NCBI GenBank assembly: GCA_020184695.1
Contig: JAANOX010000062.1
Location: 74,189-138,188, forward strand
Length of the DNA: 64,000 bases
Direction of reading: 5' to 3'
Source: Histomonas meleagridis 2922-C6/04-290x
Taxonomy: Eukaryota > Protista > Parabasalia
The position numbers were made by a program, and so were the translations under genes. A model generated the notes under the pieces. The model searched no databases. It saw only the letters and a list, made by a program, of their open reading frames with translations, and was not told where the DNA came from. Below, piece after piece: positions 12,202 through 24,785 of the stretch (positions are counted from its first letter, which is position 1; every line of letters begins with the position of its first letter).

Positions 12202-13290
12202 ATGCATTCTCATGCTGCGAAGCGTGCTGAAGAAGAAGACAAATCAGAGAAACAAAAAAATTCAGTGTCCGTAATTCCTCCCCTTCCGAATAATTCAAAA
12301 CATATTTCAGAAGCTATAAACCAACTTCAAAAATTTTGTGCGGCAATAGATCCAAATGGAAGAGATGCGCTAATGAAGGAAATTATACAACAAATTTTAC
12401 ATGCAAAATATATGAATTCACTTGATCATATTAAGCCCAATTCAAATTCCAGCTACATATCACGTTATTGTACAGAGTTTACTGAAGTGGAAACACTTAG
12501 TGTAAAACCATCAGTGAAAGTTGTTTCAGCTCTTCATAAAATTGATCAATGTCTTTATGCTATCAAGCAATACCGTCGCCCAGTTCAGTCTCTTGATCCT
12601 GAGTCTTTAATGAGCGAGGCGCAACTGATCATAAACCTTGTTCATCCGAACATCATTCGATATTACACATCATGGATCGAATTCAGTATTGCTAACAATC
12701 ATAACACCATTGAGTTTGGTACCAAAAACAAAAAGCCTACACCCAACATAGATTTCATATTTTATATCCAAATGGAATTATGTCAAAAAGAAAACATACT
12801 TGAACATTGCAGAAAGGTTGGAATCAGCTTCTCTGAAAAGCTTTCGCTTGCTTGCCGTGTTGCTGAGGGCCTTGCATACCTCCACAGCACTGGAATTGTG
12901 CACAATAACTTAAAACCGTCGAGCATTCTTATCGGCGTTGACGGCCAACCCAAAATTACGGGCTTCAAGAAGCACAAAAATGTATTTAGACAACATAATT
13001 GTGTGTACGCTCCACCAGAATTGCATAAAATCGATAAAAAAGCAGACGTTTATGCACTTGGAGTGATATTGTTCCAACTTTTTGGAAAATTTAAGTCTAA
13101 AGAAGAGGAAAAAGAAGCCATTGAAAAGCTGAGGTGCCAACGGACATTGCATGAATCATTCGGAGTAGTTCCAAACGAAATTTCGCAATTGATTTTGGTT
13201 ATGACAGAAATAACCGACGATAAACGTCCCCCCGCCGATAAAGTTGTAGAAACTCTAAGTGCAGTTGAACAAGCCGAAAATAATAAATAA
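12202..13290 (+). CDS. eIF2-alpha-kinase (PEK/GCN2)-like pseudokinase
   Basis: YAIKQ, LVHPNIIRYYTSWIE, FYIQMELC, GLAYLHSTGIVHNNLKPSSIL, KITGF, YAPPE, KADVYALGVILFQL; HRD and DFG aspartates are absent. Confidence 0.75.
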   Translation: MHSHAAKRAEEEDKSEKQKNSVSVIPPLPNNSKHISEAINQLQKFCAAIDPNGRDALMKEIIQQILHAKYMNSLDHIKPNSNSSYISRYCTEFTEVETLSVKPSVKVVSALHKIDQCLYAIKQYRRPVQSLDPESLMSEAQLIINLVHPNIIRYYTSWIEFSIANNHNTIEFGTKNKKPTPNIDFIFYIQMELCQKENILEHCRKVGISFSEKLSLACRVAEGLAYLHSTGIVHNNLKPSSILIGVDGQPKITGFKKHKNVFRQHNCVYAPPELHKIDKKADVYALGVILFQLFGKFKSKEEEKEAIEKLRCQRTLHESFGVVPNEISQLILVMTEITDDKRPPADKVVETLSAVEQAENNK

Positions 13291-13765
13291 CTGTTAGCAA
13301 ATTCTCTTTTTGTTTCATAGTGCTTTAAGAAATAAAGTGATTCATCTTAAAATAATTTAAACAAATATATCGTGGAAAATATTCATTATTATAAATCATA
13401 TTAACAAAATAATTTTTACATAAATTCCTCATTATAAATTTAAATAATTTTCATCAAAATTAAAGAAAATGAAGAAATATTGAATTTTTTATGTTATTTG
13501 TAAAATATCAATTTTTCCAAATGACAAAACAATTTAATACATCTAATGCATTAAAATTTTATTGAAAAAATTGGTGATTTGCATCAATTAGAGAAATATT
13601 TAATAAATTTTGTTATTTTGATATCCATATTGCACCAAATCACCAATTCTTTGGTATTTTACGTTTTTGTTAAATGCAAATTCGTTAATTTCCACAAAGA
13701 AAACGATACCTATCAAAAACTTTGTTCTAAAAACATAAGTAATTTTTGCTGCCTTTAATCTAATA

Positions 13766-15094
13766 CTATACTATAGTTTCAAAATCATCGAAATCGGAGT
13801 CAAAGCCGTTATCGAAGTCGTCGTTATCCTTATATTCTTCGAATCCCATTTGGTACCTTAGCAACGCGCCTATGCCGCCGAGTCCCTTCACGAACTGTGC
13901 GCCTTCTGAAGATTTGTTGGTTACGAATTCCAACTTCACGCCCTTCGACTTATGGTTTTCGGCCATCCAATCCGTAAGTAACACTTTGTCGACAAGTTGC
14001 TGATGAGCTTCATCTTTCAAGTGCTCGTTCTTCTCGAGCTGATATTCGGAGAAATACTGAATGATTTCATTACCTTCAGCGTCATGTAATGTGCAACGAT
14101 ATTCCTTTAATTCATCCCAAAGAATGATTGTTTCAATTGCGCCTGCTTCGAATGCTAACATTGTTTCACGTACACCAAATGCACATGCTCCACCTGTAGA
14201 AATACTTTCGAATAACTTATTAAGTAATTCTTGTTCACGAACTAAACGGACATCTTTCATTAAGTCAGCGGCCATTTTAATGGTTTGATTAAAGCCATCT
14301 TCACCACCATAACAAATATCATAAATACCCAAAATGATGTTACGTAAACGAGGATCTAAGATATCGGATTGACTAAGCTGGTTCTTAAAATCTGCAGCGC
14401 CCGATAGGATCAAACCGGTGACGATAGGTTCGGCCGTTTGGGGGTCGATGAAAACCGTCGTGGCGGTTTCGGCTACTTTACGCACATAGTTATGACGTGC
14501 TTCGACTCGGAGACGTGCGAAACGGATAGATGACTGACCACCTTTGGAGTGTTTCTTGGGAAGATCAACACTGAATCTATGTAAGATGGTACGGGAATCT
14601 CCTGCAACCATACCATAAAGGCATCCTTGACCATCCATAATGATAAAGCCGAACTTTTCGTTGGTCTCTAAAAGTTCGTATAATGGTTCAACATGGAAAC
14701 GACGGTCACAAATGTAAAGTGATTGATGTAATGGACGAACTGGCTCGAAATCCATCATGAGCTTCTTCTCTTTGCCTTCGTCATCAATTATGGTACCACA
14801 GAATAAACAAAGGCCATTTGGAGGTGTGGTTTGATACTGTCCAAGTTTTTGAATGGATGAAGTAATGGCAGCTTCAACGGATTGACGATTTACACGGTTC
14901 TTGATGTTGGAGGCTGTGCCAAGTTCATCGGTTAATTTTTGACGCATTCTATAGACTTGGTCATGAGGTGGGATAAGGATTGTAACCATTGAAGTTCCAT
15001 CACCGCGTGCATCACGAAGGAAGTTGATCGTTTTCTTGAGCTTGAACATTTCGATTGGATCGATTTCTGCTTCTTTCCTTGCTTTTGGAGGCAT
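13766..15094 (-). CDS. eRF1: Eukaryotic peptide chain release factor subunit 1
   Basis: GTS (GDGTSM), TASNIKN, YxCxxxF (LYICDRRF), KKHSKGGQSSIRFARLR and C-terminal GLGGIGALLRY. Likely start MPPKARK at 15094 (442 aa). Confidence 0.97.
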   Translation of the reverse strand: MPPKARKEAEIDPIEMFKLKKTINFLRDARGDGTSMVTILIPPHDQVYRMRQKLTDELGTASNIKNRVNRQSVEAAITSSIQKLGQYQTTPPNGLCLFCGTIIDDEGKEKKLMMDFEPVRPLHQSLYICDRRFHVEPLYELLETNEKFGFIIMDGQGCLYGMVAGDSRTILHRFSVDLPKKHSKGGQSSIRFARLRVEARHNYVRKVAETATTVFIDPQTAEPIVTGLILSGAADFKNQLSQSDILDPRLRNIILGIYDICYGGEDGFNQTIKMAADLMKDVRLVREQELLNKLFESISTGGACAFGVRETMLAFEAGAIETIILWDELKEYRCTLHDAEGNEIIQYFSEYQLEKNEHLKDEAHQQLVDKVLLTDWMAENHKSKGVKLEFVTNKSSEGAQFVKGLGGIGALLRYQMGFEEYKDNDDFDNGFDSDFDDFETIV

Positions 15095-15995
15095 CTTAAA
15101 AGTGGGCCTGTGGTTGGGCCGACTTTTGTGAGCCGATAGCAAAAGTGTCGTATATGACTCAATAAATTTTATCTCATGTTTAAACACAAAACTGTTCTTA
15201 GAGTAGTAACGCAATAGCACAAAAATGTTCTTGAAACATATGTTAGTGTACATTTACTGCTATTTTTGTTTTTGCTGTTTAATGTGACTTGAGATTTCAA
15301 AAAGATTAGAAAAATGAATATATTTTTAAGTATCAATTAGATCTAATCAAGAAAAAACACTTTTTTTCGGAAATATTTTTATAGCCTTATAGTCATACTT
15401 TTAGTTTTAGATAAAAAAAAAACTATTGTTCAGGAGAATTATTGACCATTTCCTGTTCCCACTTCTTTATATAAGAATAGATAGAAAAATAACTATCGAT
15501 ACAACATTAAATCAACCGAAATACGTATTTTCTGGGCGTTCTCTCCGATAAGGTTATGTGTAACTTTTTCAATTAGCTAATTCTGAGGAAAATCGTTTTG
15601 TCAAAACATTATGATTTCAGACTGTCAGAAATGTTTTTTCAATTGAAATAGTCCAAATTTGGACTCCTTTATAAAGGAGAATCTGAAACTCGATTCCAAA
15701 AAAGCATGCTAACTTTTAGAAGTCGATGATAGTTTTATAAAGCTAAAAGTTTGTCTTTTCAGACGTACGCAAATGTGCTATTAAGTTTTCAGGTTGGGAA
15801 AAATTTTAGAACGATGTGATAAGAGGTAAAAGACATATTTATGTAAATGGTTTAAAGACAATCCAATAGTACAAATGGGTTTGATCGAAAATGTATTTCA
15901 TGGCAGATTATCAAGTGAATGCATCCAGTGGAACCTTCTTATAGATTTATCATTGGAATCGTTCGAAAATGGTTTGGGGCACCCCAACACTTATC

Positions 15996-16250
15996 ATGAA
16001 ACACAACAACTTTCACAAACTAACAAAAGAGCAAATTGACAAAATTTCAGGGTTATTGGAACAGATACCAATCGAAAAGCAATTAAATGGCCAGTTTCTT
16101 TCATCTTCAGAAAATAAAGTTGATTTAATCATTAGCAAAAATCTAGAAAAAGAATCTCCAACAACTGAAGCATCACACATGACAGAAAGTCAAGGTAAAG
16201 CCAAAACAAACCAAGACCTTGATTCTTGGCTTGATGGTCTCATCGGATAA
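15996..16250 (+). CDS. Small hypothetical protein
   Basis: 84-aa ORF from ATG 15996 ending DLDSWLDGLIG; GGGGCACCCC motif 10 nt upstream. Confidence 0.45.
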   Translation: MKHNNFHKLTKEQIDKISGLLEQIPIEKQLNGQFLSSSENKVDLIISKNLEKESPTTEASHMTESQGKAKTNQDLDSWLDGLIG

Positions 16251-16557
16251 TTTCAGTTGTTAATATTCTCCTCAATAAATTTGTGTTAACCTATAATCTT
16301 CTTGCTTCATTTACTTTTTTGGGTATTTAATTTTCAAAAAGATTTCATATTTATTTTTAATATTTCTGGTACTGACTCATAGTCTTATTGAAACTGAAAA
16401 ATAATTATTAAAAATGAGCAAAACACATTTTTTTTTTTTGATTTATAATTTCATTTTTCGCCAATATATTAAAATGAGCGATAGCATTTTTTCAATAGCA
16501 AAAATCGGTTTCTGTATTCAAAACGCGCACTTTTCATTTACATAGCACATGCTTTAT

Positions 16558-17697
16558 TTATACACGTTTCCCACAAAGTGCTTCTCGAACACCTTTGTGT
16601 GCAACTTTCAATGTTCCATTATCAGACAAGTACAAGTGTCCGGACTTTAGCAAATTCACAATTGGCATCAAATCGCCTTTTTCTTGGACTCTCATTGTTC
16701 CATTCATGTAACAAAGTTTCGCAAGAACACTCGGAACATCGCCTGTAAGCATCTTCCGCAGGTGCGTCTTGACTGCGCTCTGTTGTGCCTCAACAGATTC
16801 ATCAATGCCGATGCCAACTTTGAGATCTTCAAAAACGCGTTCGATTGTTCCGCCATGACCACCAAAGCGCTCGAGAACTTTGCGCATTTCGATGGAGCTG
16901 AATGCGCGTGTTGAAACAATCCAATCGTGAGTTGGATCGCGAAGTTCGCGCATCTCATACAATATGACATATGAAGGAAGAGTTGGCTGAGTAAGGCGAA
17001 ATGAAGAGTCTCGAACTTCGCAGACAATGGGGACATTATCGTTGTAGAGAAGACGGCGCCCAATCCGAGAGAGTGCCGTTTGATATAAAATTGGAGCAAT
17101 GGATTTGAGTGTTTCAAGGCCGTGAATGAAGATAACAGCGTTGAGTTTGCCATAGAGTAACTCTAGAGTATCAAAGAAGCTAACAATTGAATATGGATTG
17201 ATGAGAGAATTATCAAGATCTTTGGCTAAAGCAGCATAGATGGTACTAAGTGCTGGATCAAGGGCCTCTATTTCAAGTTGACTATTTGGTGGAAATAGTT
17301 CAGATGCAGATCGAATTCTTGAATATGATACAAAAGAATAAGCTGAGGTTAAACCATTGTATATAGCAGATTTAAATAACTCAACAACATCGTATGGGGT
17401 ACGAGCTGTTGTGGCATCAACATTAATGACAAATTGCTTGTTTTTGATCATAAAATCAGCTGCAATATTCATTGCTCTGGATTTTCCACATTGATATGGG
17501 CCAGTAAGAAGAAGAACGCCACGTGTTGGGTATGTCTGTAAATACTTTGAAAGTGTTTGATTTAAATCATAATTCCAAACATATGGAAGTCTTCCATTAT
17601 AACGCACAAATGTCCTCTTCATAGTAATTATCAAATATACAAAAACTGCAAGTAAGATAACTGCAAATGAAATGACAAGGTTTCTTGGTACTTTCAT
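16558..17697 (-). CDS. N-terminally membrane-anchored P-loop NTPase-fold protein
   Basis: N-terminal hydrophobic helix; VLLLTGPYQCGKS Walker A; IFIHGLE at the Walker-B position; 379-aa intact ORF. Confidence 0.6.
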   Translation of the reverse strand: MKVPRNLVISFAVILLAVFVYLIITMKRTFVRYNGRLPYVWNYDLNQTLSKYLQTYPTRGVLLLTGPYQCGKSRAMNIAADFMIKNKQFVINVDATTARTPYDVVELFKSAIYNGLTSAYSFVSYSRIRSASELFPPNSQLEIEALDPALSTIYAALAKDLDNSLINPYSIVSFFDTLELLYGKLNAVIFIHGLETLKSIAPILYQTALSRIGRRLLYNDNVPIVCEVRDSSFRLTQPTLPSYVILYEMRELRDPTHDWIVSTRAFSSIEMRKVLERFGGHGGTIERVFEDLKVGIGIDESVEAQQSAVKTHLRKMLTGDVPSVLAKLCYMNGTMRVQEKGDLMPIVNLLKSGHLYLSDNGTLKVAHKGVREALCGKRV

Positions 17698-18562
17698 TAG
17701 AAATTACCTTAAATCAGCAAACGTTTTCCTAAGAGGTTTAATTCAAATTTTGATATTGAAAACCTCATAGAAAATATTGAAATAAACTGGATTTCTTCTT
17801 TGTTAAAGTTCAACTCAAAACGATAGAAATGTAAAACATTCAATTATTGGGGAAATGTAAAGTTTAGAAATAATCAATGGTTCTAGTGAAAGGATGTAAA
17901 TCAGATAATTAATTTTAATGAAATTTTATTCGACTTCAAAAAGTCATATAAATTTGTTCCGCCTTGTATGGGAGATGATAATTGTATTTGATTTTATCAT
18001 ATAAGACATGCATATTTTTGCATCAAGCGAAAAAAGTTCAGGCATGCGAAAAAGTCAAGCTATTCAAGAATTATATCTAATAAACATCATAAATCATCGT
18101 TCGATATCACTTTTTGAGGAGTATTCGATCTTGATTCTCATCAGCGAAGGCACTAGATATGTAATCACATGTGAACCACTTTTTCCTGAAAGCATTTTAA
18201 TAAATGTTTGGTCGTTGCAATTATTGGAATTAATTACGTTTTTAGCTGTAAATTAATTTCATCGATATAACATTATAATGAAAAATAAAATATAACCATT
18301 TTGATTAATAATTACTAATACATATATAAGTACAATCGACTCATCATAAATATATATTGATTTTCACAAAATATTTTCATTTTTTTTTATAAATTTTGAA
18401 TACTATCGTTCAGAATGACCATTCAAAATAATTTTGAATGCAGATTGTCACTTTTGAATCAGGGAGTATTAATAAATATTTATCAGAACAATTCGGTAAA
18501 ACCGTATATTCAAAATTTCTGACCATTAAAATATGCCGCTTTAAGTGTTTAATTCATTTATC

Positions 18563-20157
18563 ATGAGTTCAACAAATTATCCAGACGAAGACAATACAAA
18601 CAACTATAATCTTCTAACTGGAATAAGGAGATATGAAGCAAGAGATGACAACTTATCATTTTCTGATGATTCAATACAAAAGAAAATTGATTCACTTGAA
18701 GAAATTAAACAGGAAACACTGGCGAAACTTCAACTAGATGAATGCATTGAAGCAATAACGATCGAACCTGACAAAATTTGTAACCAATTAATTCAAGAAC
18801 TTGAGATGAAATTTTCAACTGAATTCCAAACCACAGAAGCTTACGAACAAATTAGAGAAAAAATTGAGAGTGTGATAACAGCCAAATGTGAGGAATTTAC
18901 AGAAATTATAGATAAAATAAAATTTAGGCAACTTCAATATTACAAAGGAAAAATTATTACTGTTATCAATAAGTGTGAACCTAAGATTATGGAAAAACTT
19001 GGTAAAAGCAAACAAATTAAAATATCTGAAATCCTTAATTTTGATGAATATAAGAAATTAGAAAAATTATGTTCCAGAATTGTTGATAATGTTAACCTAA
19101 GTAGTTCAATTTACTCAGATATAAAACCCCAAATCAATGATTTTAAAACAAAACAATTTCAAAAATTATCAGAAAATATAAAAAATTCTGCTCGAATAGT
19201 TAAAGAGAAAAACATTCGAAATAATTTAAAATCTAAAGCTAAAGAAATCATAAAATCAGAAATAAGAAATCTTGAAACTAATATTATGAATAAATCAATT
19301 TCACAAATATATGAATACACTATAGGAGAAGTAAGTAAACTTATTATAGAAACGTGTAAGCCAAAGCTTTGGCAGCAAATACAAGAACAAGGCACTAATT
19401 ATAGTTCTGTTTTAAATCAATTTGAAAATGAAATTTTCTCCGAAGTTATAAATAAATATTATGATAATATCAGAAGTACATTATATAAAGTAAAAAGCAT
19501 TGCAATTGAAAATATTATTAATTTACTTCAAGACAAAATTAACAATGATATTCAGGAAATAGAAAAAGATATTTATAACAATGATAATGTTCAAAGTTTT
19601 AATAAAATTTATCAAATTGTTTCAAATAAAGCAAAAACAATTCATAATGAATGCATCCTATTAATAAGCAGTAAAATCGAAGAAAATAATGAAAGTTTAA
19701 GAGTTCAAATCATTGCAAAATATCAAGAAATCACTGCTTTAAAGGATTTCATTCGATTGACCTTAGCTGCATCAAAAGAAGATACTCATTCACAAAGGAA
19801 AATTTTGAAAAAAATTATTGACGCTTTCATTGAAAAAGAAGTTGAACAACAAAAATCAAAAGTTAAAAATAATCCTAAATTAGCAGATGATGTATTTCAT
19901 CGAATTAAGCAAAAATGTGAAAACAGAATTAATTTTATAGATTTCACAGACAAATCCCTTAAAAGTGAAATTAATAATTATCTTAATGATAATTTAAATA
20001 CTAAAAAACAAATTTAAAAGATGAAGCTACGAAATATATTGATAAAGAAGAATCACATTTACCCACATTTTCATCGGTGAGTCACGAAGAAGTGTGGAAA
20101 ATGTTATCAGCCATGAGGAAGGCATGGATTTCTGAGCATTCAAAAAGTGTGAATTGA
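18563..20157 (+). CDS. Hypothetical helical/coiled-coil protein (I/K/N/E-rich), probable frameshift near 20012
   Basis: Open 18563-20017 with TCATT initiator upstream; a second frame continues KDEATKYID...SKSVN to TGA at 20155-20157. Confidence 0.5.
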
Positions 20158-20222
20158 ACATATATTAAAATAAATTATTTATGTAATTCTGTTGTTTATT
20201 GATTCCAAGAGAGCACATAAAT

Positions 20223-22082
20223 TTATTTGTTCATTTTCCGATGTTCTTCTTTCATTTGCATTTTAACTAGTTCATAGTAATATCCTTTTTTCTTGATCAA
20301 AGAAGAATGTGTACCTTTTTCTCTGATTTCTCCTGAATCAAATACATAAATAATATTTGCATTCTGAATTGTGCTTAATCGATGAGCGACAACAACAGAT
20401 GTTCGATTTTTCATGACTTTATTTAGAGCTAATTGAACCTTTTTTTCGCTTTCTGCATCAAGAGCAGATGTTGCTTCATCAGTTAATAAAATAACAGGAT
20501 CTCTAATCAACGCGCGTGCAATTGCAATTCTTTGTCTTTGACCACCACTAACAGAATCACCTTTTTCTCCAACAAAATAATTAAATTTACCTTCTAATTT
20601 TTCAATAAAGTTTAAAGCATTTGATTTTTTAGCTGCTTTTATAACCATTTCTTTTGTTGCATCTCTTTTGCCATATTTAATATTATCTTCAACAGATAAT
20701 TGAAATAGTATTGGCTCTTGTGATACAAGACTAATTTTTTGATGAAGCCAATGTGGATCAAGTGTTTTAATATCTTTTCCATCAAGTAAAATTTTACCAT
20801 CTGTAGCATCATAAAATCTTTCTAAGAGTTGAATACAAGTCGATTTTCCTGATCCTGAATGACCTACAAGAGCTCCCATTTCTCCAGGTTTAATTTCAAA
20901 TGAAACATTTTTTAATACATAAACATCACGAGATGGATATTTAAATGAAACATCCTTGAATTCAATGTGTCCTTTAAAGTTTTCAATTATATCACCTCCA
21001 TCAAACGGAATAGATGGTTCTTGATCTAAAATAGCAAAAAGAAGCATTCCTGAAATTAATGCACGGTCTTCTTCTTGGAAAAGCATTTGAAACATTATAA
21101 TTCCCATAAAACCAAAAAATATGAAACCGAAAAGTGATATTAAATCACTTGATATAATTTCTCCTTTGTCAACTAATTGAGCACCATAATACATATTACC
21201 AATAACAACGACCCAAACACTTAAATCAATCAAAGTATTCAAACAAAACAGGAAAAATCCTGATTTTTGATCTTCTTTAACAGCCATTTTTGTTGCATCC
21301 ATGAATCTTTTGCATTCTGATTCTTCATGATTAAATCCACGAACTGTTCGAATTGATGATAATGTCTCATCTGCAATAGTATTTGATATTCCAGTGGACA
21401 TATAAAGAAGATTATAATGCTGACCCATTAACATACCAAAAACAATGATTAGACTTTTAAAATTATAAAATATGGTAATGTACATGTTGCAATTAATGCA
21501 ATTTTCCAACAATAAAAGTATGAAAGAATAATTCCCAACAAAAATTGCCCTATATATTGAAGTTCTTTTCCTTTTGTTTGTCCAAATGTAGCTTGAACAA
21601 ATTCGGTTTCTTGACCAAGCAATGTTAACATATCACCAATAGAACTTTGATCAAAGAACGAAATATCACTCTTCATAATTTTTTCAAATACATTTGATTT
21701 CAAATTATTCGTAAATTCTGAACCAACTTTCGGCCATAAAAATTCATCAAGAAATTTACAAATCCCTGTAATTATTGCAATGATTGTTAAATAAAGCGCA
21801 TTGTTTTTGATTTCATTATAATCATAAATTTGAGATGATTCAAAATCACTAATAACTTTAATTATCCTTCCAACAAATAAAAATGTTATAATAGGGATCG
21901 CACCAACAACAAGTGAAGGAATTATTCCAAGTAATGCTGGGATATTTAAATAACATTTTATATAATCTAACTCTTGTCCCAAAAAGTTGTTTCACATCAA
22001 AATCACTTGGTCCGCCTTGTTGATTTGCATCTATGTTTGACTCTTCTGTGGGCCTTTGATGTTGAGAATCTTCAAAGTCCAT
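20223..22082 (-). pseudogene. ABCB (MDR/TAP-like) half transporter, frameshifted at ~21940 and ~21460 (pseudogene or assembly error)
   Basis: TMD plus NBD: GHSGSGKST, VSGGQRQRIA, LLTDEATSALD, VAHRLST; three overlapping ORFs join into one gene starting MDFEDSQ at 22082. Confidence 0.85.
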
Positions 22083-22281
22083 TAAAATGTGATGTGATCT
22101 GAACAAGGCCCAACATTTCTGTGGAACGACTATTGAATATTTCAATGTAAATTTTTGATTGGTCGTCAAATTTCAATCAAAAACTCTATTAAGTATTGAA
22201 AATATAAGCTTATAACTTTCTTCATGAAAAATTGTGTGAGAAATTGTGTGAAAATTTTTGGAATTTACACATCACTATTAT

Positions 22282-24035
22282 ATGGAAAAACCATTGGAAG
22301 GAAATCAGAACAGTAGAAAAGGAGGAGAATACTTCAAAATTATGAGCTATGTTAAAAACAAATGGGCAGTTGTATTGACAATTATTCTTCATTTTATTGT
22401 TGGAGCATTACCAGTTATTATGACAATTTTACTCGGAGATATGGTTAATGTTTTTTCTAGTGAAAATTTTTTTGATGATTTCATTCCTGTAGTTTTAAAT
22501 ATGATATATTATGTTATTGGAATGTTTTTAGCATCAGTTATTTCATATGCAATTAGAATTTGGTGCAACTCAACATTTCCGAGAGATTTAAGAGAAAGAA
22601 TTTATTGTAATTTGGTTGAACAAGGAATTGATTTCTTTGATCGAACTCCTACAGGTGTTCTCATTGGAAGATTATCTCAAGAAATTACAATGATGCAGGA
22701 AACTTATTATCAAAAATTACTTAATTCTGTTCAAAAAACTGGTGAATCCATTGCAGGAATAATTGTTGCTTTTATAAAATGTTGGAGGCTTGCTCTTCCT
22801 GGTGGAATAGTTATTTTGTTATGTCTTATAATTTATATTATAGGTGATAAAATAATTGAAAACATTTGGTTTAAGTATAATGAATGTTTATCAGCAGCAA
22901 ATAATAAAGCAGAAGAAGCAATTACATCATTTAGAACATAAAATCATTCGATAATGAGCTTTACGAAGCAGCAAATTATAAAAAGCAATTAGATACTGTT
23001 GATAATGTATGTTTGAAAACAAGTCTTACTCAAGGAACAAAAGATGGAATTATATACATACTTTCAAATTTAATGGTTGCAGCTATTTGTTATTATGGTG
23101 GAGATTTAGCAATTCACAAGCCATATTATGGGTACCATAGCGGTGATGTTTTTATTGTTTTCTTTTCAATGATTATGGCTGTTGATGGTTTAACACAAGC
23201 AATATCAATTTCTAATGATATGAACAAATCAGCAGTATCAGCTCAAAAAATCATTGAACTTATTGAGATGAAACCTGAAGTTGATCGTAAAGAAGGTGGA
23301 GAACTTAAAAATGTTAAAGGAAAAATTGAATTTCGAAATGTTTATTTCAAATATCAAAACTCAGAAAAATATGCTGTTCAAAATCTTAGTTTTGTAATTA
23401 ATCCAGGGCAAACAGTTGCATTTGGTGAAAGTGGATGTGGTAAATCGACAACACTTCAATTACTTCAACGATTTTACGAAATTGAAAGTGGACAAATATT
23501 GATTGATGATCAAGATATATCTAAAATATCAGCTGTTAATCTTCGATCTTATATTTCAGCTGTTCCTCAAACACCTGTACTTTTTTCAACTTCAATTTTA
23601 GATAACATCCAATATTCAAAAGAATATGCAAATATGGACGAGGTTATTAAAGCAGCTCAAATTGGTAATGCACATGATTTCATAACACAATTACCAGATG
23701 GTTATCAATCAATTGTTCACCAAACGAGTTTAAGTGGTGGACAAAAACAAAGAATTTGTATATCAAGAGCAATTTTAGCTAATTCGCCAATATTATTGTT
23801 GGATGAAGCTACATCTGCACTTGATACTGAAAGTGAAAGATTAATACATGATTCTCTTGAAAAGTTTAGAAAGGATAGAACAGTGATTTTGGTAGCTCAT
23901 AGATTAGCAACAGTTATGAATGCAGACAAAATTTTACTCTTTAAAGATGGACAAGTAATTGAAGAAGGAACACATCAAGAACTAATGGCAAGAAATGGTT
24001 TTTATGCTAACCTTGTCAAATACCAACTTCAATAA
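22282..24035 (+). pseudogene. ABCB half transporter, frameshifted at ~22938 (pseudogene or assembly error)
   Basis: TMD then GESGCGKST, LSGGQKQRI, LLLDEATSALD, VAHRLAT; AGAACATAAAATCA lacks one base relative to R-T-I-K-S; TCACT initiator at 22272. Confidence 0.85.
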
Positions 24036-24326
24036 ACATAATGCATCACAATTCTTAAGTTACTTTATTAATCTACTATAATATTAATTTGTATTTTAAA
24101 GATAAAATTTTAACAAGGAAAAATTGTTAACCTGAGAATAAAATTTTGTTAGGTGCTTTTTATTAGCTTATTAGTATTGATGGTAATTAAGTAAAAAAAA
24201 AATATGGGTTTATTTTTTCAAATAAGGGATTTCATGATGAAAATAGATATGTGTAACCGTTAATGTCCGTTAAAAATACGCGGGCACCCCTTTTATGAGG
24301 GTATTTAAACGATTTTTATTTCATAA

Positions 24327-24620
24327 ATGCCACCAAAAAAATCAGATACAAAGCTAAAGTCTTCTGCCAAATATAAGGAAATCCCAAAAGAAGGAAAGAA
24401 AAGCCAGAAGGAAGCAGCTGACACAAATAAATCAGAAAAATCAGAAAAAATTCTTTCACTCGAAGAATGCATATCAAAAAGAAACGAACTGGAAAGTAAA
24501 CTACATAGGATGAAAAAACAAGATACGATTTTATACATAATTATCTTGATTATAATTCTTGGTTTCTTCCTTTGGAAATACATTATAACCAATGAAATCC
24601 TTCATAAACTAGAAAATTAG
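24327..24620 (+). CDS. Small Lys-rich protein with C-terminal TM helix
   Basis: 97-aa ORF with TILYIIILIIILGFFLW; upstream AACCGTTA (M3-like), GGGCACCCC and CCTTTT (M5-like). Confidence 0.6.
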   Translation: MPPKKSDTKLKSSAKYKEIPKEGKKSQKEAADTNKSEKSEKILSLEECISKRNELESKLHRMKKQDTILYIIILIIILGFFLWKYIITNEILHKLEN

Positions 24621-24785
24621 TTGTTATGAAAAATATTGTCAAAATAAACATTTCTCACATTTAAACAAATAATTTTTATTAAAATGTATTTTATTTATAT
24701 GTACTCAAAACACTGATACATTAGAAGTATTTTTGTGATATGAGATAAAACATGAAAATATTTTATTTAGTAAAAAAAGAAATAT

